The position numbers and the translations under genes were made by a program. DNA of 64,000 nucleotides from Ostrea edulis (taxonomy: Eukaryota): positions 28,706,001 to 28,770,000 of the forward strand of contig NC_079166.1 of assembly GCF_947568905.1 (NCBI RefSeq). The letters are read 5' to 3'. Below, piece by piece: positions 13,701-24,100 of the stretch. The notes under the pieces are model-generated. The model ran no database searches and was not told the origin of the DNA. It worked only from the letters and a program-made list of their open reading frames with translations. Each line of letters opens with the position of its first letter. Positions within the stretch are counted from its first letter, which is position 1.

Positions 13701-15752
13701 ACCTTGACCTTGAAAAACAATAAGCACCTTCCTCTCATCATGATGATCAAATATACCAAGTTATAATATCCTGGAGCTTACGGTTCGGTTTGTATCCTGC
13801 CCACAAGGTTTTCCTAATAAGTGATACTACGACCTTGACCTTTGACCTCTCACCTTGAAAAACAATAGGCATCTTCCTCTCATCATGGTGACCAAATGTA
13901 CCACGTTGTAAAGCCCTAGGGCTTATGGTTCAGTCTGTATCCTGCCCACAAGGTCCGGACAGACGGACGACGCCATACCATAATACGCCCCGTCTTTGAC
14001 GGGCGTATAAAAATGACGTTACAATGCACTGTTTACATCAGTTGCATAGAGTTTCCCGCGTTCAATGAATAGGCGGATAAAAAATGTCTAAAGTTAGAAT
14101 ACTTTGATTGAGCTCTGTCCTCACACGGTAAGTGCTAATATTTCGGAATATTATTTGTCCTGTTATGGATCTAGATACTCCTCAAACACGGTCACGCCGT
14201 AAAACATATTATACCGAGCAAAGCTATGGTACGATTATTATTGTTACAATCTTTAGCCAATCATCAAATAGAAAAACAGTAATACAACTAACAAGATGAA
14301 CGAGTTCATGAGTTTCTTTAAATAAAAATATACGATATATTTACGCTTACTTTTTACCACTTTGAATTTATTGGTTAATTTTGTTTTGTTTTAACTGTCT
14401 TTTAAATTGCAAAAGGGGTGTACTGTTGTTTATAATTGTTTGATTTGAAAGAGAAAAATGTCGAGGCTAAATGTGACGTCACAATGCATGATTTACGTAT
14501 TATATTCCCCGCTTTAAATGAATAGGTGGATCCTGTAGAACTGTTATCCTCGTATATCCCCCTTTAATAGTTAGATGTTATTGGGCGTTTAGTACAAGGA
14601 AAATTTCATAAATAATATATATTTTGAAATGAATTATTGTTTATAATTGCTTGATTTGAAAGACGAAGAAAAAAGTCGAGGCTACATCTGACGTCACTAT
14701 GCACGGTTTACGTCGGCTGGTGCTATATTCTCTGCGTTTAAAGAATAGGCAGATCCAGTAATTATCCTCATAGATATTCCCCTTTGATACTAGGCATTCA
14801 TTGCAAGGGGAATTTCATAAATAATACATATTTTTAAATGAATTGTAATTTACCGTACTGAACAGAATTATGACTATCACTTGGGACACGCCAAAGACCA
14901 TATCATGCTTCGTTCTGTCCAACGGTCACACCGTATATATATTAGTTTAATAATATGTTTTACGGCGTGACCGTGTTTGAGGGCGAAGCAAAAAAGTTTT
15001 GACATTAGTATCTATATCCAAAACAGGACAAAAACAACCCGAAGTTAGCACGCGGACGGAGCTGTATCAAAGCATCCTAATTTTTGGACATTTGATCCAC
15101 CTATATATTGAACGCGGGAAATATAACGCAATTGATGTAAACAGTACATTGTGACGTCATATTCAGCGTCGTTATTTAGCAAATTTACAAACAAAGCGTT
15201 TGAACCACAACAAAAAACATGGCGTTAATCGTGGAGTGATTATATATGATTAAGAAAATAAGATTTACATGCTTTTACGGATTTTATGTGTAACATCTCA
15301 GAACGACGTGAACTAGGGTAGACGATATTCAAAATGGAGGAATACATGTCCACGCGCTAATATTCGAATCGACGCCATTGGTACCAAACTTTTCAAGTTC
15401 CATAGGTATGGTTTAATTTTTCATTATTTTCCTATATTTCCCTTTTAAACATGTATATACGTGTTACCTATAGGGAGAGCTTCGCCCTCTATTAGTTTGG
15501 CGCCTTATTTTGGGTAAAGTAAAGTCGTTCCGATTTCTGGTACTTTAGTAGCAGAAATCCATTACGTGAGTATTTTATACAGGTCTATCATGTAAAATTA
15601 ACTCACTCTGCTGGACAGAAAGTTCTATCGTTGGAAATATAGAAATCGTATAGACTTAATTGACCTTTGAATGGCCTTTTACCTTCTTTGTTATTTGCTA
15701 GATCAAATTTTTGACCACATCCTTTGTTGTAACAGTGAACAAGCTCAGTCAT
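887..15752 (-). CDS. CHORDC1: Cysteine and histidine-rich domain-containing protein 1 (CHORDC1/morgana), 3'-partial, 7 coding exons
   Basis: Minus-strand exons 15752-15683, 10992-10886, 6166-6086, 5697-5538, 5147-5086, 4956-4886, 989-887, all GT-AG with matching phases. The spliced product [17 protein letters not shown]...[42 protein letters not shown]...[25 protein letters not shown]...SCKNNGCK...[43 protein letters not shown] has two CHORD domains. CS-domain exons were not found in the window. Confidence 0.95.
1055..1620. mobile_element. hAT-type MITE
   Basis: Termini TAGGGCTG...CAGCCCTA, degenerate 8-bp TSD (ATATAAAT / ATATGAGT), subterminal GATAC/GTATC motifs. Confidence 0.6.
1794..2144. 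repeat. ~21-bp minisatellite, left part (GTGAAGAGTTACCTACCCCTN)
   Basis: About 16 units; the array continues at 4780-4890 after a transposon insertion. The unit is the reverse complement of the CHORDC1 exon-6 donor region. Confidence 0.95.
2145..4779. mobile_element. Non-autonomous Tc1/mariner-type DNA transposon
   Basis: Imperfect ~45-bp TIRs starting CAGTACGGCCA..GCGGATCCCGTATT, TA duplication (2143-2144, 4780-4781), internal direct duplications, no transposase ORF seen. Confidence 0.8.
2736..2788. repeat. (GA)n microsatellite
   Basis: Direct reading. Confidence 0.98.
4780..4890. repeat. ~21-bp minisatellite, right part, overlapping the CHORDC1 exon-6 donor
   Basis: About 5 units; the last unit is the real GAGGG|GTAGGTAA donor. 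Confidence 0.95.
5400..5495. repeat. 27-bp tandem repeat
   Basis: GTTTTTCAATATCTTAAACACTACAAT about 3.5 times. Confidence 0.85.
5790..6072. repeat. ~33-bp minisatellite
   Basis: TTTGTATCACAATAATATTTGTTCTTTATTA-type units, about 8. Confidence 0.9.
6170..6475. repeat. 19-bp minisatellite abutting the CHORDC1 exon-3 acceptor
   Basis: AATAACAATCACACATCAC about 16 times. Confidence 0.95.
6702..8654 (+). mobile_element. Helentron-associated non-autonomous element (HINE-like), interrupted
   Basis: 5' ACAAGAGGCCCATGG..CATCGCTCACCTGAG, satellite-like core, (GACA/GACG)n tract and 3' palindromic AGCTCA...GGTGAGCTAA end; split by the MITE at 6941-8302. Confidence 0.75.
6941..8302. mobile_element. PIF/Harbinger- or Zator-type MITE
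   Basis: TIRs GGCTG...AAA.TTAATTCTACGTTTAAC.TCACC at both ends, 3-bp TAA TSD (6938-6940, 8303-8305). Confidence 0.75.
9837..10136. mobile_element. Small TIR element (MITE)
   Basis: CAAGAAGGATAACTC.GC.GGTAAACCGA inverted at both ends; no clear TSD. Confidence 0.5.
10140..10477 (-). mobile_element. CR1/L2-group LINE reverse transcriptase fragment
   Basis: [11 protein letters not shown]...RLFADD...[13 protein letters not shown]...[16 protein letters not shown] motifs 4-7. Confidence 0.85.
10978..11176. repeat. 34-bp tandem repeat x6 spanning the CHORDC1 exon-2 splice acceptor
   Basis: GAAATGTACAGCTATCTGTAATACAGCAATTAGT units start at 10978, 11012, 11046, 11080, 11114 and 11148 (last one partial). 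Confidence 0.97.
11650..12330 (-). pseudogene. Merlin (IS1595/ISXO2-like) DDE transposase remnant
   Basis: Frameshifted pieces [26 protein letters not shown]...[27 protein letters not shown]...H.TVNH..FVDP. Confidence 0.85.
12740..15491. mobile_element. Long-TIR (foldback-like) non-autonomous DNA transposon
   Basis: 12740-13080 plus 14010-14250 is an inverted copy of ~14900-15491; termini TAGAGGGC; TSD not resolved. Confidence 0.7.
13082..14012 (+). mobile_element. HINE-like element carrying a 131-145-bp satellite array
   Basis: 5' AACAAGAG..ATACGCCCGT; units start at 13201, 13332, 13470, 13608, 13739, 13884; GACG tract; 3' hairpin CCCGTC-TTT-GACGGG followed by CGTATAAAA. Confidence 0.85.
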
Positions 15753-15884
15753 TTTGAGATTTGTTCAATAAAAATCTCGAAGTTTCTTTGTCGTATCGTC
15801 GGTACTCGGTATCGGATATGTGGAGAAGAACATAAAATGTAAAACCGTACCAGAGACGATAAGAATTCCGGATAGATGTACATT

Positions 15885-16720
15885 GACTTTCTCATGTATT
15901 CGTAGAACTCAATACCCCTTGCTTGTCGTAAGAAGCAACGAAATGGGACGGTCCTTCGGAAGAGACCATAAAAGCCGAGGTCCCGTGTCACAGCAGATGT
16001 GGCACCAGGGGCGGATCCAGGAATTGCGGTTGTAACAGGGTTGTAACGGGGGCGCCACTTTATGAGGCAGAGGGTCTGGGGGCCGCATTGAGGTGGAGAC
16101 CCAGGGGCATCATCATGTTATTCAGTCGGCGGAGAGAATTAGCATGTATTCTACGTAGTTAAATATAGCATTTATTCCGTAAATGTGAATGAATGATTTT
16201 TGCTTTTATAAACGGAATAAATAGGTCAATATAGTTACACGTATAAACCAAACATGTCAATTAAACTAATTCGCCCCGCGGATTATGCATGAATTTTACA
16301 GAATTTATAGGGTTTGAAATTTGTCTCCTATTTAGTCATTTGTATTATTTTTTGTAATTTTTTATAAGGTGAAATGAATAAAATGACGCGAATTTTAAGG
16401 GTTTTTGGGGAAAATTAAGTTCTCCCAATAAAGTAAAGGGAGTGGAAGAAATTATTGCTTCTTTTATCATTCAGTACATTTTTCTGAACAAGATACCACG
16501 ATTTGTAAACCTTAAATTTTAAGGAGGTGGGGAGCCGGCTGCGCCCCCTTTAATCCGCCACTGGGCACGATAAAGACCCTTTCCTGCTTAAAGATCGTAA
16601 ATACTATAAGCGGTGAGCAAATGCCTAAATTTTACAGCCCTTCTCCGACAATAGTGACGTCTCCATAGGAGTGAGAAAAATTCTCGAGAGGGACGTTAAA
16701 CAATATATAATTAATGAATC
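15885..16720 (+). mobile_element. SINE copy (structured head, Deu/Nin-like core, CAAT-type tail) split by a MITE
   Basis: Matches the family at 34829-35097; lies just upstream of the CHORDC1 ATG. Confidence 0.8.
16006..16563. mobile_element. MITE with CAG(G/T)GGCGGAT termini and 5-bp TSD (hAT5-like)
   Basis: GGCAC is duplicated at 16001-16005 and 16564-16568; removing the MITE restores the SINE sequence. Confidence 0.8.
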
Positions 16721-16985
16721 AATCATGTATTCGTGTTGTTTATACACATTCACAAAATAAATTTCTCAACTCCAATGTTTTCAAATTATTTTCATTATGA
16801 TTTACATGCACCTTTTCCGTCTTTTGTTATTGAATAAAGCAATCATAGTGTGAGAGCGGGGAAAAGGGAAGTGTGAATAAAAAATAAATAAATAAGAAGA
16901 TGGAGGTTTTAAAACTCAATCTTATACGTAGGCCTGGGCTGCAAGGAAAAGGTATAGCATATAAGTTATACATTTACTTTAGAAT

Positions 16986-17026
<41 letters not shown>

Positions 17027-17899
17027 CAACAAAGACAGTGCAGCGTAACTTTAGATCGTGTCCATTACGTCACGTCCGTCCTTTAAGAAATCAAACCCGC
17101 GGTGCATTTTGTAATTATTGAAATTTCAAACGAAGTAATGCAATAATTCTAGCATTCTGAAATGACTATTTGAGTAGATCTACCCCCTCCCCCCTCCCCG
17201 AAAGACAAAAACAAACATCAACATCAAACACACACGTAAGGGATGCAGCCAGTTACATTAATTAATTCAATTCCCCCCCCCCCCCCCCTCAAGACCATGT
17301 GCATGTACAGGTATATGGAGCGCCAAATTAACACAGACTGCGCCTCGGAAAATAGTTGCTACCTTGGGGGACAATATATAAACTTGCTATAGTCCTCATA
17401 GCCAGTACATAGGTGTATACTATAGAAACTCTAAATATTTCAATTTCAGAAGATAAAATATTGTGCCATGAAAGTCTTCGTTTGAACGTAAAATTTAGTG
17501 ACTGTTTTAATTTTGGCATTTTCATACCTACACGGTAAGCAATGCAAAAATGATATCGATAGAGAGTTGGTTTAACAGTCAAGTAACTTATTCAAAGTGA
17601 ACAGCAGTATCATATAAGTTCACATTAATTGCTAGAACCGGCGGAACTTGAAAGTAAATTTCATACATAATTTATGAAGGACTGCTTCGAGATTTGATGA
17701 AGGCGTCCGCCCAAATATTCAGCCGAGCCGAGATTACACCCAGCCTACTACCAATCTTTTAACTGCTCTAATAGCATGATCACATAGGGAGAAGTTGATG
17801 AGGTGTACTCATATAGAAGTCCCTACGCCCACCGAGCCTAACAACTAATTCTAAAGATACACATGGACAGTCCCCACCATCAACTACTAGAGCATGTCA

Positions 17900-18400
17900 A
17901 AAATTTCAAATGTTAAGCAAATGCTATGGCAAAACGAAGACTGACAGATATACTCATCCAAGAAAGGAACTCTTTCTTTGAAAACTCTTCTAAATGTACT
18001 TAACGGATACATTCGATATACAGTATTACTTTAGAAAATGCATCCCGGAAACCCTTATTCACTATCTTTCGAAATATAGGCTATCTTCACATAAATTGGA
18101 TATACATTGTAGAGCAAGGCCGTTGCAGTCAAACAGAACGTGCTCAACGTATTTACAAATTACATGTTTGTGATCTAAACAAAATCGAAGATGAATATCA
18201 CTTTATTTTGGAATGTTCACAGTATAGTCATTGGCGTTATATATACATAAAAATATTACTGGAAAATGTCATCTACCTTTAAGTTTGTTCAGTTATTTAG
18301 CCTTAGAAACAGAAAACAACTTCACAATCTTGGTACCTTTCTTCAAAAAGCTACTGCCTATATATAATGTATGCTCATAGCGCATATATAATCAATTGCA
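17900..18400 (+). mobile_element. Non-LTR retrotransposon 3' end (RTE-X/CR1-like C-terminal CCHC region), degenerate
   Basis: EQGR....RAQRI...CDLNKIEDEYHFILECSQY..WR motif at ~18110-18240. Confidence 0.6.
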
Positions 18401-18568
18401 TATCATGATATAATCAATCTAATTAAAACCAGACTTCTTAGACCCGTGCCGTATACTCTATATCGGGACCAGAGCGTTTAATTGAATTGGTCCATGAATA
18501 GTGTATATGCGGGATCAATGTTTACATTAGAACTAGCGTCCTGAAAAGATTTAGCAATAAGATTTGCC

Positions 18569-19456
18569 TTGTCTTGTGATGTATGCTTTGTGTGGTGGAG
18601 GTGGAGGGTATTGTCTTGTGATGTATGCTTTGTGTGGTGGAGGTGGAGGATATTGTCTTGTGATGTGTGCTTTGTGTGATGAAGGATGAGGATATTGTCT
18701 TGTGATGTGTACTTGGTGTGGTGGAGGTGGAGGGTATTGTCTTGTGATGTGTGCTTTGTGTGGTGGAGGATGAGGATATTGTCTTGTGATGTGTGCTTGG
18801 TGTGGTGGAGGATGAGGATATTGTCTTGTGATGTGTGCTTGGTGTGGTGGAGGATGAGGATATTGTCTTGTGATGTGTGCTTTGTGTGGTGGAGGATGAG
18901 GATATTGTCTTGTGATGTGTGCTTGGTGTGGTGGAGGATGAGGATATTGTCTTGTGATGTGTGCTTGGTGTGGTGGAGGATGAGGATATTGTCTTGTGAT
19001 GTGTGCTTGGTGTGGTGGAGGTGGAGGATATTGTCTTGTGATGTGTGCTTGGTGTGGTGGAGGTGGAGGATATTGTCTTGTGATGTGTGCTTGGTGTGGT
19101 GGAGGTGGAGGATATTGTCTTGTGATGTGTGCTTTGTGTGGTGGAGGTGGAGGATATTGTCTTGTGATGTGTGCTTTGTGTGGTGGAGGATGAGGATATT
19201 GTCTTGTGATGTGTGCTTTGTGTGGTGGAGGATGAGGATATTGTCTTGTGATGTGTGCTTGGTGTGGTGGAGGTGGAGGATATTGTCTTGTGATGTGTGC
19301 TTTGTGTGGTGGAGGTGGAGGGTATTGTCTTGTGATGTGTGCTTTGTGTGGTGGAGGATGAGGATATTGTCTTGTGATGTGTGCTTTTTGTGGTGGAGGA
19401 TGAGGATATTGTCTTATGATGTGTGCTTTGTGTGGTGGAGGTGGGGGATATTGTCT
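18569..19456. repeat. 42-bp minisatellite, about 21 copies
   Basis: GATATTGTCTTGTGATGTGTGCTT(T/G)GTGTGGTGGAGG(A/T)(T/G)GAG-type units. Confidence 0.97.
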
Positions 19457-21093
19457 TTTTCTCCAGTTTTTTACCCCTCCCCAGAGAGTGCCTGTTCCTG
19501 ATCATGATTGTAAAACTGAGATGTGGTTTTGCTAGTGAGGTTTTTGTTCTTGAAATACGACTTGTTCTTTGTGTTTACATGCTTTGTAAGCTTGTTTGTA
19601 GATTTCACTCAGTTGAAAGTCCCTAAAAGGCTCCTCTGCTGGCTCTCCTGGTTTGTGTGCAGATATCTGTTGGAGCAGGATTTATGGACCTTGAAACTGC
19701 CTTGCAGTTTATCATTGAAATAGATTATGCTGCCACTTTGTGCATTGTCTGGTTGGTGATTTGCAGGTAATGGTTCATTTCATCTTATGCCAGTTGATTT
19801 TTCTGGACAGCGCTGAACAAGAGTGAGAAGTTTGACCAGTCAGCTTTGTTACAAACCCAATACTTTGGTTGTGTTTTTGTTTCTTCGGAGGAAGCAAGGG
19901 AGGGAACGGAGAGGACGGAGAAATGGTAAAGGAGAAATGAAATTAACAGACAGCGAGCAATCTCATAAATCCCACGAAGAATGCAAAATTAAGAATAAAG
20001 CAAGCACGGACGCATGGACACACTAGAGGTGGGATCAGGTGCCTAGTAAGAGTAAGTATCCCCTGACGACTGGTCACACCCACCCTGAGCCCTATATCTT
20101 GATCAAGTATACAAATAAATCAAAATTAGTATATATGCAAAGAACGGTCTAACAATTGTTATGAAATTCTTCAGACAGCATTAATTCAACCTAATGGCAG
20201 GCTGTATTTGCAAATTAGATCATGTACATCTGTAATTGCTACTTATATAAGAGTAGTCCAGGAAACACGCATCATCAGCAATGATATACACTGTACTAAT
20301 GCTTATAAAGCACAAAGCCATGACATATCATACGACTGTGAAAAGGCGTTCAATCAGCTATGTATAACCGCAACACCACCTGTTTATTACCAGGCTATTG
20401 TAACATGACTGCACGGGTAGATATCTGTAGTCAGACAGACAGGGTGAAATTTTAAGTGGAGATAACGAACAGTGATCACCAATCACTACCGTGTATATAT
20501 AGATTGTAACTAGCAGATAATGATCTATTTCTTACCTATAAACATTCGATGGGTATAGAATCGTAGACAAACTCAGTCGCATGCATTTACAATATGTATG
20601 ATAAAGACATGCACCATTACATGTAAGTAAATCTTACATTGTAAGAAATTATCGTCTGCTTTATATTCAATCTATACAGGGTGTACATCCGGGTGCATAA
20701 CTGTGCGTTAACTCAGTAAATTGGCGTGTATTCCAGTCTCATATCGTTTGTTCTAAAGTATTCCTCAAAGTTCTGATTTTCATGATAAGTTTTGGGGCTA
20801 CAGAATCTTGACAGCATTGGTCGCTGCGTGACTCGACTGCCACACCCCTCTGTACAATAAATTCCATACAAACGAAAGAAAGTATTGCAAATATAACTAA
20901 TGTGCAATTGTACATATCATATGTTATATATGCATAGCGAATCAACTAAGTGTAAAAATATACTACAGTATACATAATTTCCTAAATACTTGAGTTTTAA
21001 AAGAAAAGTGACGGATAGAGTAAAGCGTTACATGTACAACCAGGCGCGGGAAGAAATTAAAGGGTGCTCATCACCACATGTCAGCTTTAAGCA

Positions 21094-21105
21094 CACGTGA
21101 CGTCA
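21094..21105 (+). promoter_or_regulatory. Overlapping E-box (CACGTG) and CRE (TGACGTCA) upstream of BHMT copy 1
   Basis: CACGTGACGTCA about 45 bp upstream of the ATG; function untested. Confidence 0.45.
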
Positions 21106-21148
21106 CAGTAGATCACTTAATCTACCGTAACCATTAAAGAGAGGGAAA

Positions 21149-24100
21149 ATGTCAAAGCGAGGTATGTATGTTTCTCACTGAATTCTAGACGATTTTAACG
21201 AATTATCATGGAATTTAAAGTTCAATGGAGTTAAGTGAAATGACACTACTCTAACACATTGAGCACGTGCTATATAGGGCGAATTTCCGGTGTCGTGCGT
21301 CGTTACTTAGGCATTGAATATATACCCATGAGTGATATGTCTGTTATTTATGATAATGGAAATATATGTGAATGACCTTTTTAGAGCTTGCCACGTTCAT
21401 GAAATCAAGCGTTCAATATTCAAATTTTGGGTATGAAATAAACATTAAGTTGAACACACAGGTAAAATTTGGTTACTGGGATGAGGTAAATAACCAGGAC
21501 TTTAGACGTATAAAAGTTTATTTTGTTTGTAGGATTTATTGAGATTAGATATAGTTTCAAGCACTTCATAAGATATTCGTTATCTACATTACGATATGTT
21601 CCCGCACAAACAGATGTGGAGGTACATGTTAATAAAAGTGTTCCTCTGGATCTGCCGGGGAGCAAGGTTAACTGCTGGTTTGTCGACATCAGTTTTCCCA
21701 AACTCACTCCATTCTGCACATTTCTCTTCAAGCCCTGACAATATGCTATAGTGAAGGAAAGTTTGCGGCAGATACCTGTAACTACAGTGTTTTTGATAAC
21801 GTAAAGACAGTTCATAAGAATTGTTTAAAAACACTTAGGAAAGTCAGTGATACTCCGAATAACTATAGTGAAAACATATTGGTATTCTGACTTAGAGAAG
21901 TAAAACTGTGAACATTTAAAACAAATCGTTTTCTAAATAACTACTGCAAATTTTACATCTTTGATATTTACTACTGTGAAAACTTTGCTATATTGTGGTT
22001 CAATAGAGTGAAAAAATGCATTAATCTACTTTATCAAAAATATACATTTATGATACTTTGGCTTACCAATATACAAGAATAGAGGTTTTTATGCTAGGTA
22101 AATGAAACCTCATTTTCCAACTTAAGCATGAATTGAGAATTGAGTCCCCTTCCCGCACTATGGACGCCGCACAACATTAAAGTGTCTGACCTCTTAGACG
22201 TATTTTTTCTAGGACTGGTAGAGAGACTTAATGCCGGGGAAAACGTGCTGATTGCCAATGGATACATGTGGGAGTTTGCCCGCCGGGGATACTTAACCCT
22301 TGGTGGATATGTACCGGAAGTGGTGATCGAACATCCGGAATTGGTAACACAGCTCCACGAGGAGTTTGTTCACGCTGGAACTGACGTGCTACCCGCCTTC
22401 ACTGTACGTCATATTGAGATGATCATGGAACACTGCTACATATCGATGGAATTAAAGAAAAACACATGTGACTCTACACACTGTCTTTCTTTATTTTCAA
22501 GATATGGATTCGTTTTATGCAGAAATATATAGGGCATGTTATGGTTTTATGTTTTCGCAGGATACACATATAGGTATTCTAAGGTCCTTCGATATGCATT
22601 TTTTAAAAACAAGAGGCTCACAGGCCTTATTGATCACCTGAGTATCACTTAAAACTGTTAAAAGTATTTCTATATTCCCAAAGGGTTTGAATTGTGTATT
22701 AATTTTCCTGCTGTGCATATCTACGCTAAATTCTAATATAAAACAAGACTGCTCTTTAGAAGAAAAAAAAACCCCACCCCACACACAAACACACACAGAT
22801 GTCCCCGAAAGCGTCTAGATGCTAATGAAATACTTTACATAATATATGTTATATTTACACTATACATATTTGAGTTTTGGACCCACCCTGGAGTTGCGAA
22901 ATTCACAATATTTGTACATCTTCCTGCTTTTTCTACATATAAAACAATAGTTTTAAACAGTATTAGCAAAATTACAGAAAAAAAAAATCTTTTAGATATC
23001 AAAGAGAATTATTCACTACGACCATTTTGGCCTTCATTTGGTACCAAAACTCCTATTTCTAGGTCATACAATTTTGGTAAATTACCCGCTCCATCATTCA
23101 GTTTCAATTTATTGTTGATAGAATTAAAGATGATGTTATCAAAACGTTTCACTTATAAACAAGATATGCCAAGTTTGGCGCCGCCCTGGAGTCATAATCT
23201 TTATGGCTAATACGTTTTGTTGGTGTTTTCAAATTCAAATGGAAGGGTATTTGAATGTGGGTAAATAGAATGGTGATGATTTTGAAAAAAAATACCATTC
23301 GTCTGCCTCACGTACGTAGTAGGTGCGGTGTTTTTTTTTTTTTATTATTATTATTATTGTTTATGTTTTTCTGCTCAATTAGAAATACCGTATAAATTGT
23401 ATTTCATAGCGATATGTTTCGATCTTTTTCTATTCCATGTTTATTCGTTTTAATAGAATGAACATTCACCGCAGCATTTATCACCCTACCCTCGGAGGCC
23501 ATAGAATTTTCTGTTACTTCACCATTTCTGTTCTTGGTAAAACACGTTAATGTCATCAATAAAAATACTCATCTATCCTTAAGTAATGAAAGTACTGAAT
23601 TATTCTACACGCCATTTTGTACAGTATTTTGGACACCGAGAGAAGATGCGCTCAATTGGTAGAGAGGCGGAAGTTGAGTCCCTAAACAGACAGGCGCTGA
23701 GAATTGCCAGAAAAGTGGCGGATCGCACTGGTTCTCTTGTGGCCGGTGGTGTGTGTCACACCCACGTTTATGCTAAAGATGACCCCGCAACTCACGAGAA
23801 AAGCAGAGCAATATTCAAGGTTCGTTTTGTTTTCGTGAAAATTGCTTATAACTACAGATCAATCATGATGATGCATTAATTCAGAAGAAGATGTTGCCTT
23901 CTTTAACGTATAAAGTATTACTGTCTCTAATATTTCCAGTCCATAGGAGTTTTACCAGCTTTTGATCTCAACATTGATATCACATGCGGGTTTTGATTAA
24001 TCATTGTCACGTAATTCATATTCAAGACACAATTGACAGTAGCCCACGAAGTCAGACTCAAAATTCAAATTGAACTTAGAATTCTAAACTAAGATGTGCA

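Noticed and set aside
13201-13960. Regularly spaced repeats resembling a CRISPR array (also 10978-11176)
   Set aside because: No unique spacers, eukaryotic context and no cas genes.
15770-15790. Heat-shock element near the CHORDC1 start (CTCGAAGTTTC)
   Set aside because: Only two good nGAAn units, too weak to call.
18522-19505. 327-aa Ser/Thr/His mucin-like ORF and 271-aa Cys/Trp ORF
   Set aside because: Both are translations of a 42-bp minisatellite that is open on both strands; no splice or domain context.
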